Below are positions 21,234 through 31,726 of a stretch of 64,000 nt of DNA, one piece after another. A model generated the notes under the pieces. The model ran no database searches, was not told the DNA's origin, and saw nothing but the letters and a program-made list of their open reading frames with translations. Position 1 is the first letter of the stretch, and the number at the start of each line of letters is the position of its first letter. The translations under genes were made by a program, and so were the position numbers. The DNA comes from an uncultured Gammaproteobacteria bacterium (GTDB lineage Bacteria > Pseudomonadota > Gammaproteobacteria > Pseudomonadales > Halieaceae), in NCBI GenBank assembly GCA_963845135.1, contig CAWJQW010000009.1:10657-74656 (forward strand), given 5' to 3'.

Positions 21234-23343
21234 ATGAAAAAAATCATCAGCATCAGCCTGGGCGCCAGTGAGCAGGACAGCCAATTCACGGCACGCTTTC
21301 TCGGGGAGCAATTTCGGGTCACAAGAATCGGTACCGACGGCGATGCAAAAGCCGCGGCCGCCCTGGTCAAGGACTGGCGGATAAAAGCAGATGCCATCGG
21401 CCTGGGCCAGGTCAGGGAACACTACACCGTAGGCACTGATCACTTTGTCCGCCCGGAGACAAGGGCACTGGAAAAGCGCGCGGGTAGCACACCCATTACC
21501 AGTGGCGCCCGCCTGCGCGAGATTGTGCAGGAGTGGACGGTGCGCTCAGCCATGCTGGAGTTGGGCGGCATTTTCAATAATGCCAAGGTACTCTTCCTTT
21601 CCGGCACCCTTAACTACCGTCTCGCCGCCATTCTTGCGGAATACACGGACAACCTCACCTTCGCCGATCCGGTGGCCCAGTTTGGCCTGCCCAACCTGCT
21701 GCATTCACTGCGTACTCTGGAGCGTTATGCCAGCGGCAGTCACCCCGTGTTGCGCTTTGAAACCGGTAAGGACAGGGTGCCCGCACTGGCGCCCTTCACA
21801 TTTTTCAATCACCTGGTACTGCGCCGGGCGGTCAAAGACGCGCAGGTAGTCGTAGCAACTTACGAGCAGTTACAGCATTACGGCAGGGCAGAACTCGAAG
21901 GCAAGACCGTCATCACCTCGACGGTCTCAGACGAGCGCCTGGCACAATTCAGGGACTGGGGTGTGCGCCTGGTGCTCGATTGCAGTATCCAGCCCTTCAA
22001 GCAGATCGTGGGACTCAATGTTGTCGACGCCATGATCATCGCTGCGCTGGAGAAACCGGCGGCTGAGATCACCCACGACGATTATCTGGAAATATTCACC
22101 GACCTTGCGCTGCAAGCCACGTCTGCTCTACCCCACCCCGGGACGCAAGCAGATAAACCGTTTCGCCTTCGTGATTCACCCCCTGTCGCAGCAATACCTG
22201 AACCACCTGAAACCGCTGGAAATGTTGTCAAGGATATCGCCACAGCCGGTGATGAACCTGGTCGAGAAGGCGGCCGCCTACAGCCCGCCTTTTGTTTACA
22301 GCAAAGTCCAGGGCATCCAGTCACCAGACGGTACCGAGGCCGAGGGCTGGCTGATCATTGTTGGCGGCACACCGCGCGAAATCATGAGCCACACACCGGA
22401 GTTCACCTACCGCAGACTGCTGGCGGCAGCGGACATCGCCAAGGGGCTGGGCGCACAAATTATGGGGCTGGGCGCCTTCACCAAGGTCGTTGGTGATGCC
22501 GGCGTCACCGTTGCCAAACGCGCGCCGTTACCGATCACTACGGGCAACAGCTATAGCGCGTCAGGCGCACTCTGGGCTGCACACGACGCGGTGCAGCGAC
22601 TGGGATTGGTAAAACTGGAGCGCGGTAAAAAGGTCAAGGGCAAGGCTATGGTGGTGGGTGCCACCGGGGCTATTGGCTCAGCCTGCGCGCGACTGCTGGC
22701 ACGCACCACAGAAGAACTGCACCTGGTGTCGCCCGAGGCCGCCAAGCTACTGGTCCTGGAAAAGTCAATTCGCCGGGAATCCCCTGATGTAAAGCTGGTG
22801 CTTGCTTCCTACGCCGATTCCGATGCGAGCATCGGCGACATGGATATGATTGTCACCGCCACTTCCGGTGCCGGTAAAAAAATTCTGGATATCAGCCGGG
22901 TCAAGCCCGGTTGTGTGATTACCGACGTTGCCCGCCCACTGGACCTGTCTCCGGAGGATGTGGCCAGCCGGCCCGACGTACTGGTGATAGAGTCCGGGGA
23001 GATCTCCCTCCCCGGCGACGTGCACATGAAGTCAATCGGCTTTGAGGACCGCAACGTGGTTTACGCCTGCCTTGCGGAAACCATCGTACTGGCACTGGAA
23101 GGCCGCTTTGAGAACTTCACCCTGGGGCGCAATCTTGAGTGGGAGAAAGTGCATGAAATATACAAGCTCGGCCTGAAGCACGGCATGCAACTGGCGGCGA
23201 TATCCGGGGTCAACGGTCCCTATTCAGACGAGGACATCGACCGGGTACGGGAAAGGGCGCTGCTGGCACGCAAGACCTGGAAGCCGCACGCTGTAAAGAA
23301 AAAGAAAGCTCGCCGACGCAAGCGCGCGAGCACAGCGAAATAA
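21234..23343 (+). CDS. Two-domain dehydrogenase with a C-terminal acyl-ACP reductase (AAR)-like domain (frameshift near 22113)
   Basis: RFAFVIHP, TTGNSYSA, VVGATGAIGSA, YACLAETIVLALEGRFENFTLGRN resemble cyanobacterial AAR motifs. Confidence 0.75.
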
Positions 23344-23421
23344 GGCGTTCTGTACTAACATACTGTATTGTTTCTGATGGCAACTTCGACAAACCCATAA
23401 AATCTTAATAAGGGGATCACA

Positions 23422-25482
23422 ATGAATTACTTCGTCACCGGTGGCACCGGCTTCATCGGCCGTTTTCTGGTACCTAAACTGCTTGATCGCGGAGGCGTTG
23501 TTTACCTGCTGGTAAGGCCTGCTTCGTTACCCAAAGTGGATGGGCTGCGCGAACTCTGGGGCGCCAGCAAAGATCAGGTAATCGCTGTGGAAGGCGACCT
23601 GGGGAAAACCAGGTTGGGCGTAAAGCCAGCATGGATCAAAAAACATGCCGGCAAGATTAACCACTTCTTCCACCTGGCAGCTATCTACGATATGAAGGCC
23701 GACGCCGAAAGCCAGCGCATCAGTAACGTCAATGGCACGGCACAGGCTATCGCCCTCTCCAAGGCCCTGAAGTCCGGTTGCTTCCACCAGGTGTCGTCCA
23801 TTGCGGCGGCAGGCCTGTACGAGGGGACTTTCACGGAAGACATGTTTGAAGAAGCGGGTGACATGGAACACCCCTACTTCGCCACCAAGCACGAGTCCGA
23901 GGGCCTGGTACGCAAGGAAAAGCGCATGAAGTGGCGCATCTATCGTCCAGGCATGGTCGTGGGTCATTCCGAAACCGGCGAAATGGACAAGGTGGACGGT
24001 CCCTATTACTTCTTCGAGACGCTGAAGAACCTGAGCAAGGTGACCCCCAAATGGCTACCGCTGCTGATGAACAAGGCAGGTCTGCTGAATATCGTGCCGG
24101 TGGACTATGTGGTCGATGCCATAGATTACCTGGCGCACGTACCCGGGCATGACCAGGAATGCTTCTTCATCACCGACCCGGATGGCATCCGCGTTGGGGA
24201 CTTGCTGAAAGTCATGATGGAGGTGTCAGGGGGGCCCAAACTGAAATCCGTAGAGGTCGGCTTGCTCGACACTGCCACGCAATTGGCTGGCGAGGGTATA
24301 AGTCGGGTCAAACCACTGAAATCACTGGGTGAAAAAGCCATATCGCGGCTGGGCATACCGCCGCAGGTGATCGGTTATATCAACTACCCCACTCACTTCG
24401 ACTCCCGCAAGACCCGTAAGCTACTGGCCGAGGCAAATATCGAATGCCCGCCCTATGAGGACTACGCCCAGGTGCTCTGGGACTATTGGCTGCAGTTCCT
24501 GCGGCCGGACAAGGAATCATTGATACGCGAGGTTGACGGCCTGTTCAACGAAATGATCGGGCGACCCAGCCTGGCCGCCCTGCGGCGCAAGGTTAAAGGC
24601 CGGGTTGTCGTGGTCACCGGCGCCACCAGCGGAATCGGCAAGGAGTGCGCTTTACGTCTGGCACGTGCAGACGCGACGGTCATCCTGGTGGCACGAACGG
24701 TGGCAAAGCTTGACGAGACCCTGAGCGAGATTGCCGAGCAAGGGGGCGTGGGCGAGGCTTATTCCTGCGATGTATCCAGCGCCGCTGACTGCGAGAAGCT
24801 GGTCGCCGATGTATTGCGTGATCACGGCAAGGTAGACATCCTGATCAACAACGCGGGCCGCTCTATCCGCCGCTCGGTACGTTACAGTTACGAGCGCTTC
24901 CATGATTTTGAGCGCACCATGGAACTCAACTACTACGGTGCCCTGCGCCTGATCCTGGGTTTCCTCCCCTCCATGGAGGAAAACGAAAGCGGCCACATCA
25001 TCAATATCTCATCAATTGGCGTGTTGACCAGCCCGCCGCGCTTCTCAGCCTATGTTGCCTCAAAAGCGGCACTGGACGCCTTCAGCTTGTGTGCGGCGCC
25101 TGAATTTGCTGCGCAGAACATCTCTTTCACTACCATTCACATGCCGTTGGTGCGCACCCCGATGATTGCGCCCACCAGCCTGTACAAGGCCTTTCCCACG
25201 CTTTCCCCGGAGCAGGCGCGAGACCTGGTGATCAAGGCAATCATTTCCAGACCCAAGCGTCTGTCTACGCGCCTGGGCGTGACCGGGGCGGTTGCCCAGG
25301 CCACTATCCCCAGCGTGACTGAAGCTTTCCTCAGCCAGGCCTATGACCTGTTCCCGGACTCCGCCGCCGCCAGGGGGCTAACGGATGCCGAGGCAGCGCA
25401 GGAGCGGGAAAGCGTGCCCTCCTCCAAGCTGGAACTCGCTCAAAAAATGTTCGCGCAAGTCATGCGCGGCGTTCACTGGTAG
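23422..25482 (+). CDS. Fatty acyl-CoA reductase, double-SDR (Marinobacter Maqu_2507 type)
   Basis: MNYFVTGGTGFIGRFL extended SDR fused to an Acr1-like SDR (TGATSGIG, NNAGRSIRRS, YVASK, HMPLVRTPMIAPT, RGVHW). Confidence 0.9.
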   Translation: MNYFVTGGTGFIGRFLVPKLLDRGGVVYLLVRPASLPKVDGLRELWGASKDQVIAVEGDLGKTRLGVKPAWIKKHAGKINHFFHLAAIYDMKADAESQRISNVNGTAQAIALSKALKSGCFHQVSSIAAAGLYEGTFTEDMFEEAGDMEHPYFATKHESEGLVRKEKRMKWRIYRPGMVVGHSETGEMDKVDGPYYFFETLKNLSKVTPKWLPLLMNKAGLLNIVPVDYVVDAIDYLAHVPGHDQECFFITDPDGIRVGDLLKVMMEVSGGPKLKSVEVGLLDTATQLAGEGISRVKPLKSLGEKAISRLGIPPQVIGYINYPTHFDSRKTRKLLAEANIECPPYEDYAQVLWDYWLQFLRPDKESLIREVDGLFNEMIGRPSLAALRRKVKGRVVVVTGATSGIGKECALRLARADATVILVARTVAKLDETLSEIAEQGGVGEAYSCDVSSAADCEKLVADVLRDHGKVDILINNAGRSIRRSVRYSYERFHDFERTMELNYYGALRLILGFLPSMEENESGHIINISSIGVLTSPPRFSAYVASKAALDAFSLCAAPEFAAQNISFTTIHMPLVRTPMIAPTSLYKAFPTLSPEQARDLVIKAIISRPKRLSTRLGVTGAVAQATIPSVTEAFLSQAYDLFPDSAAARGLTDAEAAQERESVPSSKLELAQKMFAQVMRGVHW

Positions 25483-25508
25483 CACGGGATCGAAGACGGG
25501 TATTGCGT

Positions 25509-27183
25509 ATGAAACAACTGGGTGTCATGGACAAGGGTTTTCTTATCGCCGAGCGGCGGGAGATGCCCATGCATGTCGGCGGGCTCAGCCTCTATACCTT
25601 ACCTGAGGGTGTTAACGAGCAGGAATTCCTGGCTGACCTGGCGCAGAATATGCGTTCAGCCGACACCCTGCTACCGCCCTTCGGGGACAGGCTGAAAACA
25701 GGTCCACTGGGTATGGCGGGCGCGGCATACTGGGAGCCCGACCCGTCTCTGGATATGGAATACCACGTGCGTCACTCGGCGCTGCCCAGGCCGGGCCGTT
25801 ACAGAGAGCTGTTCACGCTGGTCTCGCGGCTGCATGGAACCTTGCTGGAACGCAGCCGCCCGCTTTGGGAGATGCACCTTATCGAGGGGCTGGGCAACCG
25901 CCAGTTTGCGGTTTACACCAAGACCCACCACGCAGCTGTCGACGGTGCCCGCTCGATTCACGTATCCCGCTGCATGCTGTCCTCGGATCCCAACTTCATT
26001 CGCGAGGATTCACCCCTATCGCTACGCGCCTGGCAGGCCTACAAGGACGGTCTGAAGATGGGCAAACGCCCGGATTACAGCGACTCCGAGTTGCGCACTG
26101 TCACGGATATGATCAAGTCCAGCCTGGACAGCAGTACGAACCTGTTTAACGCCGTCAGGGGTTTCAGCCGTGCCTGGACAGGGCGCGATGAAAACCTGTA
26201 CTTGCCACACCTGAAAGTACCGCGCAGCTCCCTGAACACATCAATAGACGGCGCCCGGCGTTTTGTTGCCCAGTCCTGGCCATTTGCCCGTATCAGGGCC
26301 GTGGCCAAGGCATTCGATGGCACCTTTAACGACGCGGTGCTTGCCATGTGTGCTGGTGCGCTGCGCCAATACCTGCAACTGCACGCAGAGCTGCCGGACG
26401 AGTCACTGAAGGCGATGGTGCCAGTGTCATTGCGCAGCGAGGGTGACGTCGATGCGGGCAACGCGGTGGCGGCCATCAGTGCTGACCTGGCGACCAACAT
26501 TACCGACCCCGGCAAACGGTTTCGCGCCATACAGGCCTCGGTACAGGCGGGCAAAGAATACTACCGCTGTATGACGCCCAAGGAACTGGAGCTGTTCACG
26601 CTGCTGATGCAAACGCCATCGCTGTTGTTACAGCCCATGGGGCTGATGTCGAAACTGCCACCCTACAACACGGTCATTTCCAACGTACCAGGCATCAGGC
26701 AAACCATGTACTGGAACGGCGCGCGCATGGATGGCAACTACCCCCTGTCGATTGTGACCGATGGTATCTCCATGAACATCACGCTGGTGACGTACGACCA
26801 GAATGTGGACTTTGGCATCATTGCCTGTCGCCGCTCCGTGCCCCAGGTGCAGCGAATGATCGACTATATGGAAGACGCATTGGTGGAACTCGAAGACGCA
26901 GCAGGAATCAGCGCCCGGGCGGATAAAAAAGTCGCCCCCGCACGGAAACCGGCTGAGAAATCTCGCGCCAAGCCAAAGGCGCAAAGGCGAAGGCGAAGGC
27001 GAAGGCCAAAGCGAAGGCGAAGACAAAAGCAAAAGCAAAGCCAAAGACGAAAGCCAAACCCAAGGCAAAGCCAAGGCTGCGGCCAACAAGAAAGCGGCGC
27101 CAAAAAAGAAGGTGCAACCGAAAGCGAAAGCGAAGGCTAAAACCAAGGCCAAAGCCAGGCCTAAACGCACCACCCGCCGCTAG
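25509..27183 (+). CDS. Wax ester synthase/DGAT with a histone-H1-like Lys/Ala/Pro tail (two frameshifts in the tail)
   Basis: PMHVGGL, RPLWEMHLIEGL, HHAAVDG, ISNVPG; the tail codons read KAKAKA... to TAG at 27181-27183. Confidence 0.9.
26960..27175 (+). repeat. Low-complexity AAGGCG/AAAGCC-type hexamer repeats encoding (Lys-Ala)n
   Basis: Imperfect 6-bp tandem units with synonymous variation. Confidence 0.85.
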
Positions 27184-27185
27184 GC

Positions 27186-28568
27186 TCAGTTAGCGGCCTG
27201 CACCGCCTCGCGCAATTCGGCATAACTTGACCTGATCAGTTTGCCCAGGCCCTCAATGCCCGGCTGTTCCCGTGGGCAACTGGCCACAGCGAAGCACAGC
27301 TTGTTCACATGACTGACGACAGTAATGTTCAGACCCATGGCGTCGGTCACAATCGACAGCGGATACAGCGCCTCCAGCTCTGCGCCTTCCAGGTAAAGTT
27401 TCTCGCGTGAACCCGGCACATTGGAGAAAATTGCATTAATTGCCGGACGCACTTTGGTGGCATTGCCGGTGACGGTTAACAGTATGGTGGGTGCCATAAT
27501 CAGCGCATAGTAGTCTTCGGCAGCCGTCGAGGACACGCTGGCCAACTCTTGCTTGGCCGCTGTAGTCACCTTGATAATGCGGCGTAGCCGCTTCAGCGCA
27601 TCGGCTTCCTGGGTAAAAAATGGGCACATGATATAGCTGAGTTTGTTGCCCTCGTCCGCAGCAGAGGATTTCAGGGAAACCGGCATGCCCGCCACCAGGG
27701 AACCCCGCGGCAATGCTTTTTGTTCGAGCAGGTAAGCACGCAGGGCACCACCACAAACCGCCAACAACACGTCATTTATAGACCCACCCATGGCTCGCGC
27801 CATTCGCTTGACCTGGTTTAAGGGCAGATCGCAAATCACTATCGAGCGCCTCGAGTCCAGTTCAGTGTTAAACAGGGAGCGAGGGGCAGTAAAAGGCAAA
27901 CGCATGGCGTCAGTCTTGCCTTTAAGGGCATCCAGGCCCATATGTGCCAGTAACCTGGAAACCTCGGGAAGTGCCTTGTACTGTTTGAAGACCCCCTGTC
28001 GCATCTTGCCGATGCGCGCGAGCAGGGAGTCGTGACTGTGGCGCTGCGCATGCTGCTCCCGGGAGACGTCGAGACGCCCGGTGGGCGAGTCACTGAACAT
28101 GCCCTGCAGCATTTGCATCGCACCCACACCGTCTACCAGCGCGTGATGTACCTTGCAGTAGAGCGCAAAGCGGTTGCGCGGTAATCCCTCAATAACATGC
28201 AGTTCCCACAGCGGCCTGGCACGATCCAGTGGCCGCTCATGCGCACGCGTTACCAGACGCATCAGGTCTTCCATACGGCCCGGCTGCGGCAAAGCATAAT
28301 GAAACACATGCCGTTCGGCGACATAATCCGTCGCCGGCACCCAGGCCAGGTCAGAGGTGCTTTCGGGGTCGCTCAGTTTGCGGCCAAAAACAGGCCACAG
28401 TTCGTTCAACCTGCCACACTTGTCTACCAGCTTGCGGATGAAGTTACGCGGCGCGTCATCCGGCATTTTCAGGATCATCAGGCCGGCCACGTGAAAGGGG
28501 CAGTGGGCGGACTCAATTTTCAGGAAACCTGCATCCTGGGCGCTGAGCTTATCCATGCGCGACTCCAT
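27186..28568 (-). CDS. Wax ester synthase/DGAT, second paralogue, convergent
   Basis: PFHVAGL, RPLWELHVIEGL, HHALVDG, FSNVPG. Confidence 0.93.
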   Translation of the reverse strand: MESRMDKLSAQDAGFLKIESAHCPFHVAGLMILKMPDDAPRNFIRKLVDKCGRLNELWPVFGRKLSDPESTSDLAWVPATDYVAERHVFHYALPQPGRMEDLMRLVTRAHERPLDRARPLWELHVIEGLPRNRFALYCKVHHALVDGVGAMQMLQGMFSDSPTGRLDVSREQHAQRHSHDSLLARIGKMRQGVFKQYKALPEVSRLLAHMGLDALKGKTDAMRLPFTAPRSLFNTELDSRRSIVICDLPLNQVKRMARAMGGSINDVLLAVCGGALRAYLLEQKALPRGSLVAGMPVSLKSSAADEGNKLSYIMCPFFTQEADALKRLRRIIKVTTAAKQELASVSSTAAEDYYALIMAPTILLTVTGNATKVRPAINAIFSNVPGSREKLYLEGAELEALYPLSIVTDAMGLNITVVSHVNKLCFAVASCPREQPGIEGLGKLIRSSYAELREAVQAAN

Positions 28569-28642
28569 TTCATTATTAGAGAATAAAGACGCTAACCCAA
28601 GCGAACCAGTGGATGAATCGAATAGATCAAGTTTTAGGCAAT

Positions 28643-30637
28643 TCAGCCTTTACGAACCCAGATTGGAGAACTCCAGGCGCGCTCCTGAATGGTTTTTGGC
28701 AGGTCCGGACGAGGTGCGACACCTGCGCGTATTGCGTCCCAGGTGGACCAGCGGCAGGAGGGGTTTTCCAGCACCCGTACGTAGTAAAAAGCGTCGACAT
28801 TGGGGCTAAAGTCAGGATCTTGCCAGCGCGTCAGCAGTTCTGCTTCGCCTACATCCTGGCTGATCGAGCAATCGGACAGGTCGACCCGTGCACCGTTGTC
28901 GGCGCAACGATGAGTGCTGGGGTCAGGCAATGAACCGCCTGAGCAGGCGACATCATAGACGCGCTCCGCTGGTTCCCCATCGCGCAGGTAACCCTTTATC
29001 ACCTGCAAGCGCTGCAGTGGGGTGCCGCGCGGGTCTGCTGATGCCCACACCAGGAATGATGGCGCGCGACCGCCGGTAAAGAGCTCACCGCCCATGGGAA
29101 CACCTTGCTCATAAGCCAGGGCTGCCAGCTTACCTGAGCCAATAATGTCGTCGGAAAAGTCGGTGCCGGCAAAGAAGCGCACCTTGATGCGGGGGCCAGT
29201 GGTTGCAAACGTCTCCTTACGCCGAAACGCGTCGTAAATAGACTGCCGCGTATTTTCCTCTGCCCAAACGCCAGCAATACCGGAGGCGCTCCAGGTTTCA
29301 AATCCACCGCCGGTCATATAGTTGCGACCTTCCACGTCGACCAGGTTCTCGGGCGCCAGCATGCGCACTACTGCGCCATAAAGCAGTGACACGGGTACGG
29401 AGCCCCTTCCTACCGGTTCGCCGTCAAGAATACCTGCCTTGGAGAAGTAAGTTGACTCATCATCGCTGCCTGCGGCCACGTGTGTATCACTGGCGGCCAC
29501 CAGACCGAACTGAAACGGATTCTTGAGACCACGCGCCTCCAGCGCAAGTCCATGCTGCAGCGCCTGGCGCACATAACTGCCGTTGGGTTCACTGGGCAGG
29601 TTGGTACCCACGCGCAGTGGATAGATCTCGAAATCCGCCCACTCGTCGTTGGGCGACAGCAGCGGGTGTGTATCGGATGTGCCCTTGACCTGGGTTATCT
29701 CTACCAGCGGTTCATTGCGCAGGCGCTGCTGCGTGTAGGCATCGTCAATGGGGTCACCGGCCCAGTCGACCAGCTTGAACATTTGCCCATTGGAGCCATT
29801 GGAGTTGTGCGGTATCGCCAGGCTCTCGATACCCTGCTCCCGCAAATCGTCCATCCATTCCCAGAGCCCCTCCGGGTTCTGCGAGTTCAGGCGAGAAAAA
29901 GGTACCGCCGGCAGTTTGTCACTGCCGCGAAAAATAACGTTGCGGTGCAGGTTGCCGCGCTCATCTGTTGCGGTCGTGTATTCATAACCCACGAAAGTGG
30001 TAAAGCGCCCGGGGTCATTGTATTGGTCAGCCGCTTCAATAATATCCAGCCAGGCCCTGCGGGTAACATCCGTGGCCATCTCACCGTCAATCTCACCACT
30101 GCGAATACCTTCCAGTGTATCGGGAATAAAATTACCGAAATTACCGACCCGCTGGATCAGGCTGCTGGAAGAGAGGTTATCGGGATCATTGATGTTATGT
30201 ATCGGCTTGGCCACGTCATAGCGGGAAAACTCAGTGCGGGTATCCGCGGCTTCCTTGACCAGGCCCAGGAACATAGCGTGATCAGTAACGGCGTAAAAAT
30301 CCAGCGGCGTACGCAACTGCACCTCGAAACCACTGGGATGCATAATCGCCTCGCCCCTGGCATAACGGTAGGCGTCATAAGGCGTTGCCGTGGTACCAAA
30401 ATTGTATGCGTCAAAAGAGTATTCAGTATGCACATGCAAGTCGCCGAACCAGGCGCTGCGTTGGGGGTTGGCCGCGGGTGCACTGCGATCAATGAGTTCG
30501 GTTACTGTTGGCAACTGACTATTGGGCCCGCCACCGCGACCGCCAAAGTCATTGGCCTGTTCTGATAGCGACTTGCCGCCGCAGGCCGCCAGCGTGCAAA
30601 TCAGTAAAGGGGCGAGGTAACGCGATGCGTACTTCAT
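28643..30637 (-). CDS. DUF3604 family lipoprotein (PHP-like metallohydrolase)
   Basis: Own RBS and ATG at 30637, lipobox LAAC, FGDLHVHT, LHRNVIFR, IPHNSNGSNG, QERAWSSPIW. Confidence 0.88.
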   Translation of the reverse strand: MKYASRYLAPLLICTLAACGGKSLSEQANDFGGRGGGPNSQLPTVTELIDRSAPAANPQRSAWFGDLHVHTEYSFDAYNFGTTATPYDAYRYARGEAIMHPSGFEVQLRTPLDFYAVTDHAMFLGLVKEAADTRTEFSRYDVAKPIHNINDPDNLSSSSLIQRVGNFGNFIPDTLEGIRSGEIDGEMATDVTRRAWLDIIEAADQYNDPGRFTTFVGYEYTTATDERGNLHRNVIFRGSDKLPAVPFSRLNSQNPEGLWEWMDDLREQGIESLAIPHNSNGSNGQMFKLVDWAGDPIDDAYTQQRLRNEPLVEITQVKGTSDTHPLLSPNDEWADFEIYPLRVGTNLPSEPNGSYVRQALQHGLALEARGLKNPFQFGLVAASDTHVAAGSDDESTYFSKAGILDGEPVGRGSVPVSLLYGAVVRMLAPENLVDVEGRNYMTGGGFETWSASGIAGVWAEENTRQSIYDAFRRKETFATTGPRIKVRFFAGTDFSDDIIGSGKLAALAYEQGVPMGGELFTGGRAPSFLVWASADPRGTPLQRLQVIKGYLRDGEPAERVYDVACSGGSLPDPSTHRCADNGARVDLSDCSISQDVGEAELLTRWQDPDFSPNVDAFYYVRVLENPSCRWSTWDAIRAGVAPRPDLPKTIQERAWSSPIWVRKG

Positions 30638-30663
30638 ACTGTCTCCAAAACCCAACTCTGCAT

Positions 30664-31417
30664 TCAGGTCGCGGTCATGCCGCCGTCCGCCACCAGGGTA
30701 CACCCGGTGGTGTAACGTCTCTGCCGCGAGATAAAAGACCGGCAGCAGAATCTCATCGCTCTCGGGGATGCGTTTAATCAAATTGGCAGACAGCATTCCC
30801 TCTTCAAAACCGGGAATGGCTGCAATTGCACTGTCTGTCAGATCAGAGTGATAGGTACCCGGCGCAATAGCATTCACGCGAATATTCATGGGCGCCCACT
30901 CCTGCGCCATGACCTTGGTCAGCGCCTGCAGTGCCGCCTTGGTGGCCGCATAAAAACCCATATAGGGGGGTGGCTTGAGCCCGGCAACGGACAACACGTT
31001 AATCACCACACCACCACCGTTGTCTGCCATGTGCGGCGCGAGCCGTGACGCGAGATACCAGGGGCCGCGTTGATTGATCTGGTACATTTTGTCAAAAGCA
31101 TCGGGCGTCACGTCAGTCAGCGGCCCCTGGGCAATATTGGTACCTGCGTTATTAATCAGTACGTCCACGCGTCCGTAGTGTTCCAGCGATGCCGCGACCA
31201 GTCGATCCAGGTCTTCGATAGAGCTGGTATTTGCCGCAAACGCGAAAGCTTCACCGCCGTCGGCGATTATGCTGTCAACCAGCGCCTGGCAACCGTCGAG
31301 TTTACGGCTGGCGACGATCACTTTCGCTCCTGCCCGTGCGAAGCCCCGGGACATGGCTTTGCCGAGTCCGCGACTGCCGCCGGTGATCAGTACTACCTTG
31401 TCGGTAAAATCAAACAT
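30664..31417 (-). CDS. SDR family oxidoreductase (frameshift near 30715 falsely fuses it to DUF3604)
   Basis: TGGSRGLG, NNAG, YAATK; the natural ending YTTGCTLVADGGMTAT* lies in another frame with its stop at 30664-30666. Confidence 0.88.
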
Positions 31418-31726
31418 AGTCTCTCCTTTGAATGCTCACGAACTGCGCGAAGCCACCAGCTCGAGCAGACAAAAACTGTACACGGAACTCCCTGCGCAAC
31501 CGGGCCCGACCTGGACGAACCAAATTCGGCCAGGTCATTGCAACGAAAACGCTAGCGGGCTGGGCGCATCGACTGCAGAATTTGCTACCCGCAAAAACTC
31601 ATCTTTTTATACAATCGTGATCGTTTCTACTGACCACACCGTATACCATATTTAGGGTAGAAGAAGCATAGCCAGTCCTGAACTAAACTGCTAGAACAGG
31701 GATCAGGCTATCAGGTTGCAAATGAA

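Noticed and set aside
23350-23365. LexA-box-like CTGTACTAACATACTG upstream of the FAR gene
   Set aside because: The right half is ACTG rather than ACAG, and the context is not SOS-related
26980-27140. Poly-Arg/Gln tail (QRRRRRRRPKRRRRQKQKQ) on WS/DGAT, and the antisense Phe-Ala/Leu-Arg ORFs
   Set aside because: Out-of-frame and antisense readings of Lys-Ala codon repeats; third-position variation fits the KA frame
29480-30565. Long antisense ORFs (also 7024-8043, 47080-47832, 1313-1981, 10699-11367)
   Set aside because: They shadow well-supported genes on the opposite strand, as expected in GC-rich DNA, and show no recognisable motifs
28643-31417. 924-aa SDR-DUF3604 fusion protein in the ORF track
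   Set aside because: The SDR's normal ending and stop are in another frame, and DUF3604 has its own RBS, ATG and lipoprotein signal; the fusion results from a 1-bp indel
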